Assembly: GCA_018398765.1 (NCBI GenBank) | Contig: JAHBMJ010000110.1 | Location: 1 to 56,242, forward strand | Length of the DNA: 56,242 nucleotides | Reading direction: 5' to 3' | Origin: Chromera velia | Taxonomy: Eukaryota | Shown here: positions 9,301 to 22,976 of the stretch, one piece after another | Numbering within the stretch: the first letter of the stretch is position 1 | How the letters are laid out: each line of letters begins with the position of its first letter | The notes under the pieces: generated by a model | Database searches by the model: none | What the model was told of the DNA's origin: nothing | The model's input: only the letters and a program-made list of their open reading frames with translations | Program-made: the position numbers and the translations under genes

Positions 9301-12300
9301 GCGTTTCCTGCTGCAGATGCACTACGACACAATGAAAGTGAAGAAGAAAGAAGAAAGGAAGAAGGGGAAGCAACAGGCCTTCGAGGGTCCCCGGCTGGAC
9401 CTCCAATCTTGGCGGAACATGAGGAGGAGAGGGAGTGACTGTCAGCAGTCAAGTTTGTTCAAGAGCAGAAGAAGCAGCATAGGGGAGGACGAAGAGGACG
9501 ATGACTTTCGAGATCCAAAAAAACAGGCAAACTGGAACAGGTACGTAGGTCTGTCTGTCTGTCTGTCTGTCAGTCAGTCAGTCTGTCTACCCCCTCTGCT
9601 GGGAAATGCCCCCCCACCTCTCTGACTTGATGGTGCCTGCTTGTCTCTTGTTTGTCTGAAGGTTTCTTTTGTGTTTCTCTTCTTTTTGCTTTTTCTCTTT
9701 CTTGTCTTGTGGAAGTGAGAAGTAGGATGTAACTTGAAGTGATCATGAATTAATGTGAAATTTCTTCTTCGAGGCAGCAGATGCATGCATGGGGGGGCGC
9801 TGCAGTCCGTCTCCTCCGGGCCGCCTTCCGCCTATCTGATTGTTGGTGCTTTCGTTGACTGCCTGGATGTTTTTGTCTTGTTGATTTTTGTTTCAAAGGC
9901 AAAAAGAAAAAAAAAAGTCATATTGTCTGTCTGTCTGTAAAAGAAGGGAGAAGAAGAAACATATAGTCTGTCTATCTGTCTGTCTGTCCGTCTGCCTGTC
10001 TGTTTTGTACTGAAAAAAGGGATCATCGGTACTAAGATTATGGTCTGTCTGTCTGTCTGTCTGTCTGTCTTGCACTGATGGAGCCTGCCGGATGGATCAT
10101 CGGGACTGCAGAGAAACCTGCAGGATGTGTAGGCAGGCGGCCACTGCCCCATCTGCTTTGACTGCCTTCTTTCAAACGGCGGGCCCATATGCAGATCCGG
10201 TGTGATCTACAGTATGGTCTGCTGTTCTGCGTCGTCAGTCTTCTTTTCTGAGTTTATGAAGTCTCGGCATTGAAAGCAGTCAATGCGATGTTGATTCTTT
10301 CTTCTGACCATGTGCAGGTCGGTGATCTGTTTCGGTATGAGGTCTGGCTGGGTTCATTTCTGGACTGTGACTCCCTTCAACGAAAGCCAGATGGCTCTCC
10401 AGGAGGGATCAGACAGGCCCCAGGCACTCACCTTCTCATGCCTCTGGCGTCCCCATCCGGACGCTGTCGTGGCCGTGTCACTCATCGCAGAGCGGCAGCA
10501 CTTCATCACCAGGTGTGCGACCATGAGCGCAGAGGGAACGGTGAAAATTTGGATCGTCCCTCAAGAACATGTCGCAAGAGGAGGTCCGTCCACTGAGCGC
10601 ATGCAGGTTGACTGACTGACTGATCGCAGAGGAGATAGATCCGTCAGTGCACACAAAAAACTCCGCTCAGCCAGAAGCAAGCGGTGGAAAAGCCACCGGG
10701 CGGCGGACTGACAGCCTTTTCAGAATTTTCGCCGCATCTCCCTTTGCCGTTTATTTCCTTCTCGAATTACACAATCATTCACAGAGAGGTTTGCACATAC
10801 AAGCCTGTAGGTGTGTGCATTGACACACTTTGATTCTCGTCCTATCTGTCTGCCTTCCTACCTGCCTGTCTGCCTATCTGCCTGCCTTTCTGCCTGCTTG
10901 CCTGTCTGCCTGCCTGCCTGTCTACCTGTCTGCTTGCCTTTCTGCCTGCCTGCTTGCCTGCCTTCTTGCCTGACTGCCTGCCTGCCTGCTGGCCTGTCTG
11001 CCTGCCTGGTTGCCTGCCTTCTTCCCTGCCTGCCTGCCTGCCTGCCTGCAGGACCCCACCTGACGGACGTTTTCTCTTCCTCCCCTGCCCTGCGGCCGAT
11101 GACGTCATCCCTCGGCTCCCCCTTCCCTTTCGGGTCCTCTGATTCCCCTCCTCCCTCTCGGGGTCAAGAGAGAACCGTAACTCTTCAGCTGTGGAACGTA
11201 GAAGGACAGCAGACTCTAGGAGAGGGACTCGGTCTGAGGGCACACACACCAACAGGGGCACAAACAGGGGGAGGAAAAGAGACGGGGAGAGAAGAAGGCC
11301 ACAGCGGTGCCTTCACAAAGGCCACACGTGTGCAGGGGGGGAAGGGCATGGGGAAGATTGGGGGATGTGGAGGGCAGCAGAGCAACTCGAAGTCCCTCTC
11401 CCCCGACCGTCCGCGTACCCATCCAGGAGCACAATTTGCACGCCCCCTTCCTGCCCCTTCGCGTGTTTGCATTAACTCATTTTGGAACAGTGGCGAGCCT
11501 CCAGTGGGTCAGGAGGAAGACAGACGATCACAAAAAGAAGCCTCTTCTCGTTTTCCCTCACGCGCACGATCTGTATCATGCCCCTCTCTTTCTTCCAATT
11601 CAAACACCAGACCTTCCACAAGAACAGACAGGGCTCAGAATAGAAGCACCCCACATGACCGTGCAACTGCAATGACCTTCCACCGTCTCCAGGAAAGCGG
11701 CAAGTGCGTTGAAAGCAGACGGCAATTCCACTGGATCGGGTGGCTGTACGTTGGCACGGCCAGTGGAAAAGTGGAGGTGTTTGCCCTTCCGTCCCCTGCT
11801 TACAAGAGTATCCACTTCGACGACGACATTGGATCCCCCAGCACTGCTTTGACGAAGCCGAGAGACGGATGTCTTCATTTGAAGAGAAAGGCAGAGGAGG
11901 AGGAGGGGGCCAAGGCGCGTGAGGGAGAGGGGGGCAGTGCGGTGGTAGGAGATCTACAGAAGGCGGATGACATCCTGATGCAACCTCCTCTTGACTCTCT
12001 TCTTGCCTCCACCACCGAAGAGCTCCCTCTTTACGTCCTTCCTCCAAAAGTGGTGCGCAAATTTCGACCTGCAGCTTCACTGGACGCGCACCAGAGAAAA
12101 GTCACAGCGCTTACCGCTGTTGGAGGCAACGTTAAGGGGAGACGCGCAGATCGGGAAAGGAGTCTCTGGGTGTCTGCGTCTCTTGACCAGAGTTTGGTCT
12201 TGTGGCCCCACCCGGATCTGCCTGCCCATGGGGAGCACATCGAGGGCACTCGGCCTTTCTTCCGGGCCCTGGCGGCGTTGCAGGGGTCGGACAGGGTTAT

Positions 12301-15300
12301 CAGAGTCCTTCCTCCAGCACCGCTGCGTGTGTTTTGGATGGGGCAGCCCGTGCTGTCGGCATGCCTTCTCCCTCTGCCCTTCAATGTTGGAGCGAGTGGA
12401 ATGAACAGCATGTCGCTGCAGCAGCAGCAGGAGAGGCACAACCAGTCTGTCATGAGTCTCGGTGCCAGTAGCGTGTCCATGTTTTCGGACAGACGCACGG
12501 ACAGGGGAGGAGAAGAGGGCCAGGAAGGGCCTGGGAGGACTCTCATCTGCTCCCTCGCAGGAGGGTCAGTCAGTCAGTCAGTCTGTCAGTGGCTTTCTTT
12601 TCTTTTCTGTTCTTTGTCCCTCTGTCTGCCCTTCTTTGCCCGTATTCCCTTTTCTTTCTTTCATACGAGCTTTCAAGAACGTTGCGCTTTTCTTTCAGCT
12701 GCTTCAGATTCCTAATGTTCAATCAAACACTCCGTCACACAGTGCTTCACCAGTACAGCAGTTAGTCAACGGGTCAGTCAGTGAATCAATCAGTCAATCA
12801 ATCAATCAATCAATCGATCAATCAATCAATTTGTCAATCAACATGTATCCATATTCCTGCAGGAGAGTTGAAGTTCTTCATCCGCAAGTCTGCATTCCTG
12901 ATTCCGCCTCTGCCGGTGTTCTCTCTGCTCTCTCCGCCCAGCCCAGCAAGGGGAAGGCAGGAGCGCCAGGCCCTGCAGATGCCTCCTCCAACGGGGTTGC
13001 GGTGGGGAGGGCGTTGATTTCTCTCTCCGCCTGCAGTGGGGTTCAAGTGCGGAGTTTCGAGGAATTGGAGGCAGAGGTGGAGGCCTCGAGGAATCTCCTG
13101 AAGGCCCAGAGGGAGAGGGCACAGCGGGAGGGGGCAGCCACAAGAAAGGAGGAGGATGAAACTGGCATACCGACAGAAGCGGTACTTCGACAGCGGTTCT
13201 CTGAGGCGATGGATTCCCTCAAGAACCTGTCCCCGTCCCAGGGGGGCAGTCAGACAGGCAGAGGAAACAGCGGCCCTCTCCCTCTCGCGGTGCCCCAAAT
13301 TCCCTCCATCCACTTATGTCACCAAGGAGAAGGAGAGCCCCCCGAGTCCCTAGGATGTACAGGCGCCAATGCAACGAGGGTCTTGTATGAGGACGAGGGA
13401 GAGGGACAAGGTGGTCATACAGAGGGCACGTCAGTATACTCAGCAGGAACAGTTAAGGAAAGAACGAGCGGACAATGTCAGACACCCACATCTCCTCTGA
13501 GAGCAAGAGAGAGAGAAAGGGAAAGAGACCTCCGCACCGTCTCGTGGAATTTCATCGGAGGAACGGGAGAGGGGTCTCTCGTATCTTCGCGCCACCCCAC
13601 CCAAGGACTGCTCCTCGCCCCCTTCGCCTCTGCCCCAGGCTCCCGCTTGTCACACGCTCCCCGTGCCTGCACAGCCCCCCAAATCGGAGGTGCGGTGCCC
13701 CTGAAGGGGTCTCCCTTTCAGTGGGTCGCCCGTGATTTGAGGACCCGCACTGCGGGCGCCCCCTCAGTCCTTCAGGGCGCGACCGCCAAACAGCATCCTT
13801 CTTTCATTTGCATGGGGAGAACCGCGAAGTTTCCTGTCCAGTATGCCAGAGATCGAAGGGGGGAGAGATGGACAGAGAACCACAACAAAAACTCTCGAGG
13901 TGACGACTCCCTCGTGCCCAATCATTACAGTCCTGACTCCTCTTGCAACGCCGTTCTTCCCTCTCAAAGCATCAATCGTCCGTCTCTGAGAGTTCTTCTG
14001 ACAGGAAGTGAAGATCAAATGGGCACGACTTCACAAAGTAGGGCGGCACAGACAACCGAAGAAATTCCAGAGCTCGAAAGAGAGGAAACAGCGACGGAGC
14101 GCGACAACAAATTACTTCCCCCCCCCCCTCAGGAGTTCCCCCCTGCTGCTGGATCTTCCAGTGAGAACGTGGCGCCCCACGATTCTCACCAGACCTCCGT
14201 TACGATCTGTTTCATACCCTCTTCCTCTCTGCACCACAGCATTTCAGAAAGCCTGCCTGCTGGTCTCTCGCGTCACCTCCCCTCAGCCACACCCTCTCAA
14301 ACAGGAGACACAGAAAGAGAAAGAGAAAGAGAAAGAGACCCTCCCAGTTCTTTCAAAAGGAGGAACGATGATGTTGAAGAAGGAGCAGAATATCCCCCTT
14401 CGCAGGCTCTCTCTGTCTACCTTGAGCCCTTACAAGAAGCAGAGAGCCCCAGACGACCCCTACCCAACCCCCTCTCCACTCCCTCTGCCCTCCCACCAAC
14501 CCAGCCAGAACCTTTTGAAGACGCCCCTGTGGCTGTCCCCCAAACCCCAAAATCCAACAATCCCTTGGAGGACCAAAGAGACCTCCAAGGATTCTCCAAA
14601 TCCAGACTTGAGGATCTCGACACAGGAGGACAAATTACGGAGAACCAGAGACGCAAACACTCCAGCCCCCCCGCCCTCTTTCCGGTCCAATTACAGAAGA
14701 AACTCCTCACATTCCCCTCCCACGGCCCCACCCCCACAAAGATGTCTGAAGGCCCCCGTGGAGATGTTCGAAAGCCCTTCCCTGCCACCGGAGGCACTGG
14801 AGGCTTTGCGCTTCCCCGGGCCCGATCCAAAAGAACTCTCAAGGAGTCGCAGCAGGAACAGAGACCCTACACAGTAGGTCTGCCCTACGAGGAGAATCAA
14901 CACAACATGCATGCACGCTCCCGCTCTCCCCTGGAGGCCCTCTTTACAGGACACGGAGTGCATACCCTCAGACGCTTGTGTGACGTTCAAGGAGCAAATT
15001 CCCGACCAAAGTCCAGAGGGGGGGGCTTTGCATTATCTTCCCTCAATGTCATGCAGCAACCCGAGGAGGCCCAGTACTGGTCCTCTTTCGACCCTTCAGT
15101 AATGGCGGCATCATCAAACAATCCAGCATCACACGCGCGTCCCCTAACTGTCGCAGGAGGAATATTTCAGCAGTCCCCCCATGTAACCACAGAAGTCGGA
15201 CCCTCGGGCCCCTTCCACCAAAAGAATTTCAACAACCAGTCCCCCCATGCAACCACAGGAGTCGGACCCTCGGGCCCCTTCCACCAAAAGAATTTCAACA

Positions 15301-18300
15301 ACCAGTCTCCTCACGGCACCCCTCTCCATTTCGACCCGTCTCGTCACCAGCTCCGCTCGCTCCGTCTTCCCGCTGTCTTACAACGACAACGCGCGGAGAA
15401 AGACAAGAAAAAGGAGAAGGAAGAAGAGCCCTTTCCCCTTCCCCATGCGGCACTCCACAAAGAGATGCGCGTCGAAATCGATGATGAAATTCCCCTAGAG
15501 GCCCACAGGCTGTCCCCTCAGGAAGTGGACCAAATTCCTGTAGAGGACCCTGTCACACAGAGATTTCTGAGATTTGCCGCCATGCCCAAAGAAGACCGCC
15601 CCCCCGTGCAACGTCTCTCTCCTCACGTCTCCCTCAGTCAACCGACCAACCTGCTCAAAGACGATACAGCCTCCTTATCCAATTCCATGAGGTCTGTGGG
15701 AGTTCCCGAAACAGAACATGGAGTACGTGAGGGTATTGGAATTTCATCAGCAGAACACCCGAGAGTCATGCCGGTCTCTGAGATGATTCTCCGCCTCCCT
15801 CCTCCCTCCACCGTGTCCACAGGAATGCTGAAGCCAACACAGAGCACGCACCATTCCTGCTCTTCTCCTCCTACCCTAACGTTCAATGACGTTGTTGACT
15901 TTTCGGTCTCTGTCCCTTCCTTCCCCTCGTTCCACGAGCCTCCAGAGGGCCGCGGGGAAGAGGAAAAGGACAACGACAGGGACAAAAGAGGAAGTGTCGG
16001 ATCAGATGATGGCAGCGTGGCGCTGCACTACATCGCAGCAGCCACTGCGAATTCGGCCGTACAGGCTGCGCGATCCTTTCTGGCAGCACTACGAGAGGGC
16101 TCTCCTGAGACCGGAGTGGGAAAAGAAGAGAGAGATACGGTCAGTGAGTGAGCCAATGTGTTCGGCCTGTTCTTTCCTGTCGTATCCACACAGACTGGAA
16201 ACAGTAAAAAGGAGGGGGCGCTCAGTTTTTCTTTAATAAGAAAAAATCGGGTTGCAATTTCGATCAAGACGCAAAGAACAAGCAGGATGCACAGGAGATC
16301 CCTTCATGCAGTTTGTTTGTGCCTGCCTGGCTCAAATTACGTCATTTGATTGGACCTTTCTGAATTGTTTGTCTTGCAGGTCCGCATGTCGGTGTCTCCT
16401 GCTGCAGTGAGAGGCGGCGTCACCCACCGAGTGGGGCTTCAGAGTGCCGGTCCAGACGGCCAGTGGCACAACGCGAAGAACTCGTTCATCTCCTCTTCCT
16501 CCTCAGGGGGGGATGATGGCCTCTCCGCCTTCCCTTCAGGAGTCCTGCCTGTAGAGGGAGAGGGAGAGGGATCCATCAGCGCCATGTGTAGCGTGCAGGA
16601 CCTCCCTCCCCCCTCTCCAGCACCAGACTCAACTTGGGAGGCCCCCTCGAAGCCCACCTCTAGGAGGATGAACAGAATCACCGCACACCATCTCAACGCG
16701 ACGAAAGCACTGGAGAGCCTCGCGACTCAGTCAATGCCTGGTCAGTCAGTCAGTCAGTCAGTCTGTCAGTCTGTCAGCGACTTCTTCGACGTTCTTTGTC
16801 TTCTCTGTTCTGTTCTGTTCTGCTCTTCTGTTCTTATTTTCTTCTCTTTTCCTACCTTGATTGTGAGCACACAAACATTTAGTCGGAACCGAAATACATT
16901 GCATGGTCTCTATTGAAAGCATGACACGAAAGCGTTGAAAAGAAAAGCAGCGATGTGCGAAGAAATGCGCTGTCAGCCTCTTTCCTACAGAAACACAAAA
17001 CAAAAGCAATGCATTCTGCGATAAGAGAATGGAGCTAGGGGCCTCAGTCTTTTGTTGGAATATTTCCTTCACCTACGGGGGAAGGAAAGAGAAAGGACAG
17101 TTGATTGTGCTGTCTGTCTCTCTTGCTGCAGATCTATTTGCCCCCTTCCGACACCGAAATCCCCTCCACCCCTCCTACCGTGTCCCTAACAGCGTTGCCT
17201 TCTTTGACAGACCCACTCACAAAGAGCCGGGCAGCGGCGCTGCCCTCCACCAGAGCCACCAGTCTACCAGCGTGGGTCCGGGAGCCGCGCCGCCAGGATC
17301 CTCCGATGCAGCAGAGCCCATGCACAGGAGCCTTCCGATCTCATCGAGAGAGTCCCCTCCCAGTAGATCGAGCGCCCCCTCACGGTCCCATCAGCTGTCC
17401 TTCTCTGTACAGGCGCCGAGGGCAAAAAGAAGAAGTGACCCAACTCAACGAGCACGCTCTGCAATGACTGCGCTTCCGAACGCCCCCAGAAGAAGGAAGT
17501 ATGTCAAGGATGAATATGAGATGCTCCTCTACAAGGCGTCACGACCTTCCAGTGCTCCGCAGATGCGCACAACGTCAGCCCATCTGGCTGAAGATGACAG
17601 CGACAGAGACAGCGAGGGCCAAGGAAGCGAAAATGGGGTCATACAATCCAAACGTGCTGACTCCATGGAGATTGAATTTCGATGGGAGAGACCGCGAAAC
17701 TCCTTTTCACATCTGACCACCCCTACTATCCCCCCTGAAATCTGTAAGGACCTCTTTTCAAGACCCCACACACAAGAGGGCCGGGGGGCTTCAAGAGCCT
17801 CCAGGAGGTCACAAAAAGGAACGGGAACGGGAACAGGCAGAGGCCCCGGCACACCCGGAACCAGCCACTCTGTTCCTTCTCGGATAGCCACCCGTCCCTC
17901 TACAGTTCCGTCCCTTGCACCCCCCACCCCCTCATATTCAAGTTCGAGAGCTGCGAAGGCCTCCGTCTTCTCTCCTGCCTCCACAGGGTTCTCTTTAAGA
18001 GAATATTTCACTTCCCTAACTGCAGAGGCAGAGAAAAGAGCCTCGCGGGTGATCCAACGAGAGATTCAAATAACTGCCGAAGCAGGGCAAGGGATAGACA
18101 AGCAAAACACCATTCCATCCCACACTACCGGTGAAATCTCTCGATCCCTCTTTTCCCGTCTCTTCCCTACACCCACGGCGTCTTCGAATGTCTCTCCTGA
18201 TTTTGACCCCATGAGGACATCCAGCTCTTCCGGATTCCGAAAGACAGAACACAGCAGCTTTGGAGTCCGCATTCAAACCGCGGCTTCGGTTGATCAGCCG

Positions 18301-21300
18301 TCTCCGGTAAAGTACTTTCCGGCTCTCGGACGCACCGTCATTGCACGACTCCTCGGGCTCCCTCCCCTTCCTCCTGAGTCGCCGGGAGGTATTCCCCCCG
18401 TCTCTCCAAACCTCTCCTTAAAGCCCGGCGTCAGAAACAAAGACAGAGACAGGGAAAGCAGACCACATACAGCCGTCCCTGCCGCAACAGAGCGAACAGG
18501 TCTACAGGTCCACACCCCACCCGAGATGCCCCTCACCCCACGAGAAGAAGCCCTCATGTCCCTATCATTGTCTCAACCCCCCTGCGGCATCACAGGGGAC
18601 CCCAAACAGTTCTCTTCAAAGGCTCTGAAGGAAGGAGAGTGGTCACCTTCAAGTCGATTGAAAGAACCAGAGGGAATCACCAGATTATTGGGAGAGCCCA
18701 AGTTCCTCGCAGACTTGCCTGCAGACCACCCAAGTTCTTCTCCGTCCTCTCCGGAGAGAAACGGAAAGGGGGACACCAGAAGTCCCCGGAAGCTGCCTGC
18801 ACGTTTTCAAAAAGGAATGCCGAAAGCAGGGGGGGTAGTCGGAATGCAGGTCCGCCCACCGCCCCCGGGTTCGCCCCGACCACTTCGTCATGCATTGTCC
18901 CAGAGCGCCTTGGAGGGGGTGACGGCAGTGCCCCAGGAGGTGATGAAGTTGGCCTTGAATCGTTTCCGCTCGTTTCTGGATACAGGTCTGCCAAATGTTC
19001 TCAGTCAAGATGAGAGCCCGGTGGTCAGGTGGCCATTCGGAAAGGGCAAACGGAAAGGGAAGGGCAAGAGCGCGTCTTCCCCACTTTTTCGAAACCGCCT
19101 GACGCACTCTGGTCTTCAGAGTTCCTCCATGTCTTCCCTCGTTTCTTTATGGGACTCAATCCATCAGACAACCCGTCTCCAGAGAATGGCCTCCCTTGTT
19201 CAAGTAGGAAGCACCCCCGTTCTTCCCTCCCTGGTTGAATTGGAGAGACTGAAAGTTTCGCCTCTGAAGTCCATTCACGCTCAGAGACTAATGGAAGAAC
19301 AGGAGAGAGCCAGACAGATCTGCAGACTGAGGGAGTCTAATTTTGACTCGCAAAGTCTCCTCAAAACTCTCATCGCACCCAAGTGGAACCCCAGATCCTC
19401 AACCAATTCACCCAGCAAGGCCAATGCCTCCACCTTCTTTCTGGAAGACAACATCCTTGTGGGTGCTCCCCCTAGGAGAACTGACATGGAGACGCCGCCA
19501 CTACAGAATATGGGGTCTCGAGGAGAGAGTAGCAACAGTAACATCAGCAGCAGTGGGGAGAGCAGCGATGCTGGAAGAGTCTTCACACTCACGCCCGCAC
19601 ATCCCCTCCCTGCTGCGTGGTGCAAGACCCCTTCTGCAGGAGCCGAGAAGAGGAATAGAGATCCTCTAAAAGCGATCTCGTCAGGAGAGAATCCGCAGAA
19701 GCCTAAATCGAGTGGAGACGAAGGAGAAGAAGGAGAATGGGAACGACAGAGAGAGAGCAGTGAAAACGAGGAAGAAGACCCGCAGCACCCGAGAACGGCA
19801 GCTGCTTGTCAGACAACCGGACTCTCTTTCACAACAAAAACCGCATTCAGGGATTCTTCAGGGAGTTTCAACAAGACAGCAACCAAGGCGCCCCAAGCCC
19901 CACCGAGCACCGCCAGTCCATCCCAAGCCCTAAAGAGAGCCCCGCAAAGAACCGCCGACAGGAGACTGCCTCCCTTGAAGGGAAAAGAAAAGGGAAGGGG
20001 GGCAGATGAGAACTCAAACGACCTACCCATTCAGACCATCCTCGAGGATCCGCTTCGACTTCTGGCACCAGGGATCCAGGAAGGGCCCTCCGCTTCTTTT
20101 CTGGATGCTCTCTCCCATTCTCTTTCTCTTTCTCTTTCTCTCTCTGTCGCTGCTGCCCCGCAGTCCTTCTCTGTGTCTCTCTGTCAGCAGCCAGTGGATG
20201 TATCAGGTCATGAGACACTCTTGAGGGGAGATTCTGTTGCGGAGCAGAAAGCGAAAGAGACAAAACTCCCCTCTCCTGAACTAATGATTGCAGACGAGAA
20301 GGAAGAAAAAACAGAAGGTCAGACGAGAAAGAACAAATCATCTGTCAGTGTCACTCTCTGTGAGACCTCTCCTTCCCCCTTTGAAGACAGACTGAAGCAG
20401 TCTCTCTCTGAGGCCGTCTCCTTTCCCTTCGACCTCCTCGCACCCCCCCGAGATTCCCCGCCCCCCTTCCTTCCAGCATCAGGGAGAAGGTATAGCAGGG
20501 GACAGGCACGAGCGGAGATGCTCCCCCCTGCTTTGAGAGCTGCTGCAGAGAAGAAGGCAAAGGCCAAACTTGGACAATTCAGAGGCAAACATGCGCAAAC
20601 GGGAAAAGCACAAACTTTGTCCAAACGTCACTCCTCCTCCAGTGCGTCAGAGCCAGAGAAGGAAGACGAAGGCGAGCTGCTGGCAGAAGAAGAACAGATT
20701 CCAAAAATCGTCTCCGAAGCTCTCCCTCTGCCCCCCCCCCCNAGCCCACCGACTCTCGATGGGAATATGGTGCACCGCCCCCCCAGTCCCAGTCACCCCC
20801 TCACCATCATCAACACAGTGGCGGCAATGGAGACGGCTGCTTTCCAAGTTGTGTATGGACGTCCGAGCTCTCCTCCGCTTCTCACGGTCCCCTATCCCCC
20901 CAAGCACTCCCTTCCCGACAAAAAAGGGAAAGAGAGAGAGAAAGAGATACTCACAGCAGGGAATCCTCTTCTGTTCCTGTGCGTCCTTTTTCCGGGGCCA
21001 GGGACGGAGTACGGGTGGCTGCAAGTGCCCCCTCTGCCTCGGCACTCGGCCAACACGCCCCCCTCCCCCCGAGTCGCCAGCTCGATTCTCAGTCCTCCTC
21101 CTCCTCACCCCCCCCCTCAGGCAGACCACTCCCGTTCCCCCCTGCCTTCGTGAATGAGAGCGAGAACGGAGAGACCACCGTCCTGCTGTCCTCCCACTGT
21201 TTTCCCTTCTCCCCAGAGCCAGCACCGGACTTTGCGTCTCCCTCAGGAGGCAAAAGGGGAAAAGGAAAGGGGGGCCTTGAGGGACCCGCCTTCGCCTTCG

Positions 21301-22976
21301 GGAGCCTGCCCCCTTCTCGCCTTCCGAGTAGAGCCCGGAGGCAACTGCTCGTGGAGTCGCCTTTTCAGTTTTGCCCTCAGAGGCAAGCACAGAAAGAGAG
21401 ACAGAAGAGCTGCACGAAAGCTGTGGAAGAAGGTGGTAAAAAAAACGAGGGACACCCCCAACTTGAGCCTCGTGCCGCCACAACAGGGGGGGCAGGGGTG
21501 TTGTCGGGGTCAGGAAAGAAGAACAAGAATTGGAAGGAGCCGCCGAACTCCGACGAGCTGCATCTGGTTGCTTTGTACGATCGCAGTCCGAAGAGAAATT
21601 TGAACTTGAAGTCCTGTCAGCAGGCGCGAGAGGAGGAGCAGAGAGAGAGGTACACAGGAAGCAGCAGCAGTGTGCGACCCCGACGAGGGAGCACGTGTGG
21701 GGGCACGCGGGCCCGTCAGAGGACAATCGACGTCAGAATACAGGGGGGAGATGGAAGCAGAGAAGCAGAGGGAGAGGAAGACCGAGAGGAGATGAGCGAA
21801 TTCGAAAGGCCAGGCTGTCACACGTCTGCGTCCCGTGCCTATTCCTATTCCTCTCCTGCCCCCCCCGCAAGCGTGGTCACACCCTCAGCAGGGACGCCCC
21901 ACTCTCTCTCTGCATCTGCATCTGCGACCGTCTCTAACACGACTAGGAGCTTCCATGTACATTCCAGCAGAAGAAACCAGACGCACTCGAGCAACAGCCA
22001 CAGGCACAACCAGAGACCGACAGTCTCGCTCCACACGGCAGCCTCCCGACTCCAGTCAAGAGAGAGGGAGGCCAGGCTAACATTTGCCTCGCCTCCTCAA
22101 ACTTCAAACTCTGTGGCTGCAGTGGCAAAGAGGGCAGTGGCAAGAGAAGAAGGCGACTTGGGGTCAGCAGGAAACCTGCGGCCGGCGACTCCGGGAGACT
22201 TGCAGGTTGGTCTGTCGGCCTTTGGACCGCCGAAGGAGACAGGGAAGGTCAGTCACTTCGCTTTCCCCTCGAGTGCTTGCCTGAGCGGGGAAGTTGTGGA
22301 CGCCGCCGGTCCCTTTTCTCCTTCATCAGGTTGCGGTGCTCTCTCTCTCAGTCAGTCTGTGTCTGCCCTTGTCGGAGGGACAGAGCCATCCGAGTCTGCC
22401 CACATGCACACGCACTCTGAAGCACGCACGCCCAACGAGGAAGGCGCGTACGGAGACCTCCGAGAAGTTGCAGGAGGGGCAGCAGGTGAAGCGACCACCC
22501 CTCTGCATGTGAATATAAGCCCGGCCTTGTCCCCTTCTCTGGAGGGTGTGGACAGGAAACATCTCACCCTGCTGCTCTCTCGCCACGCCACCAGAGAGGG
22601 CCTTCAGATCGCCACACAATTGCAGAAGAGACCGCAGAGCAGGGCGGCAGCGCTAGAGAGTACAGGCAGCAAATGGGAGGTCTGTGACTCCAGCCCCGCA
22701 CAGACCCGAGTTTCCGATTGGCCCCGACAGAACGCGAGACAGAGAGAGAAGGAGAGAGACGCCAGAAGAAGGTCAAAACAGAAACCCCGGTTGCCAATTC
22801 GGGGTCTGCAGAGGATAGGGGGCGGAGGGGCGCGGCTTTCCTCCTTGAATGGAAATTTCTCTCAGGGTCTCTCGCGGTCTGTCTCTCTATCCACGTTCCA
22901 ATTCGGCAGCCTGCTTCAAGTTGGAGGCACGTGCACTTTTCCTGTGCCGTTCAATTTTGAATTCATTCAAAACTAG
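6318..22976 (+). CDS. Giant (~4,700 aa) protein with dispersed WD40/beta-propeller segments and a very long disordered C-terminal region; exons 6318-8913, 9317-9540, 10318-10583, 11052-12564, 12863-16139, 16380-16740, 17132-22976 (frameshift at the C-run/N near 20731-20742; start exon unresolved)
   Basis: All six introns are GT-AG and phase-consistent (0,2,1,2,0,1). WD40-like segments include HPDAVVAV...CATMSAEGTVKIW, LYVGTASGKVEVF, AHQRKVTAL...VSASLDQSLVLW and WVASLSDGSLRS. The second frame is open from the N at 20742 to TAG at 22976. Confidence 0.75.
10843..11051 (+). repeat. Degenerate (CCTG)n microsatellite running into a 3' splice site
   Basis: About 200 bp of cctg/tctg/cttg units ending in cctgcctgcag (acceptor at 11051). 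Confidence 0.9.
15171..15314 (+). repeat. Coding tandem repeat, 66 bp x ~2.2 (QSPHxTTxVGPSGPFHQKNFNN)
   Basis: Units start at 15171, 15237 and 15303; the two full copies are near-identical. Confidence 0.95.

Noticed and set aside
20731..20742. Frame change in the WD40 giant read as programmed frameshifting or as two overlapping genes (17029-21153 and 20979-22976)
   Set aside because: It coincides with a C homopolymer ending in an N, and the second frame is open from that point. An assembly error is the simplest explanation.
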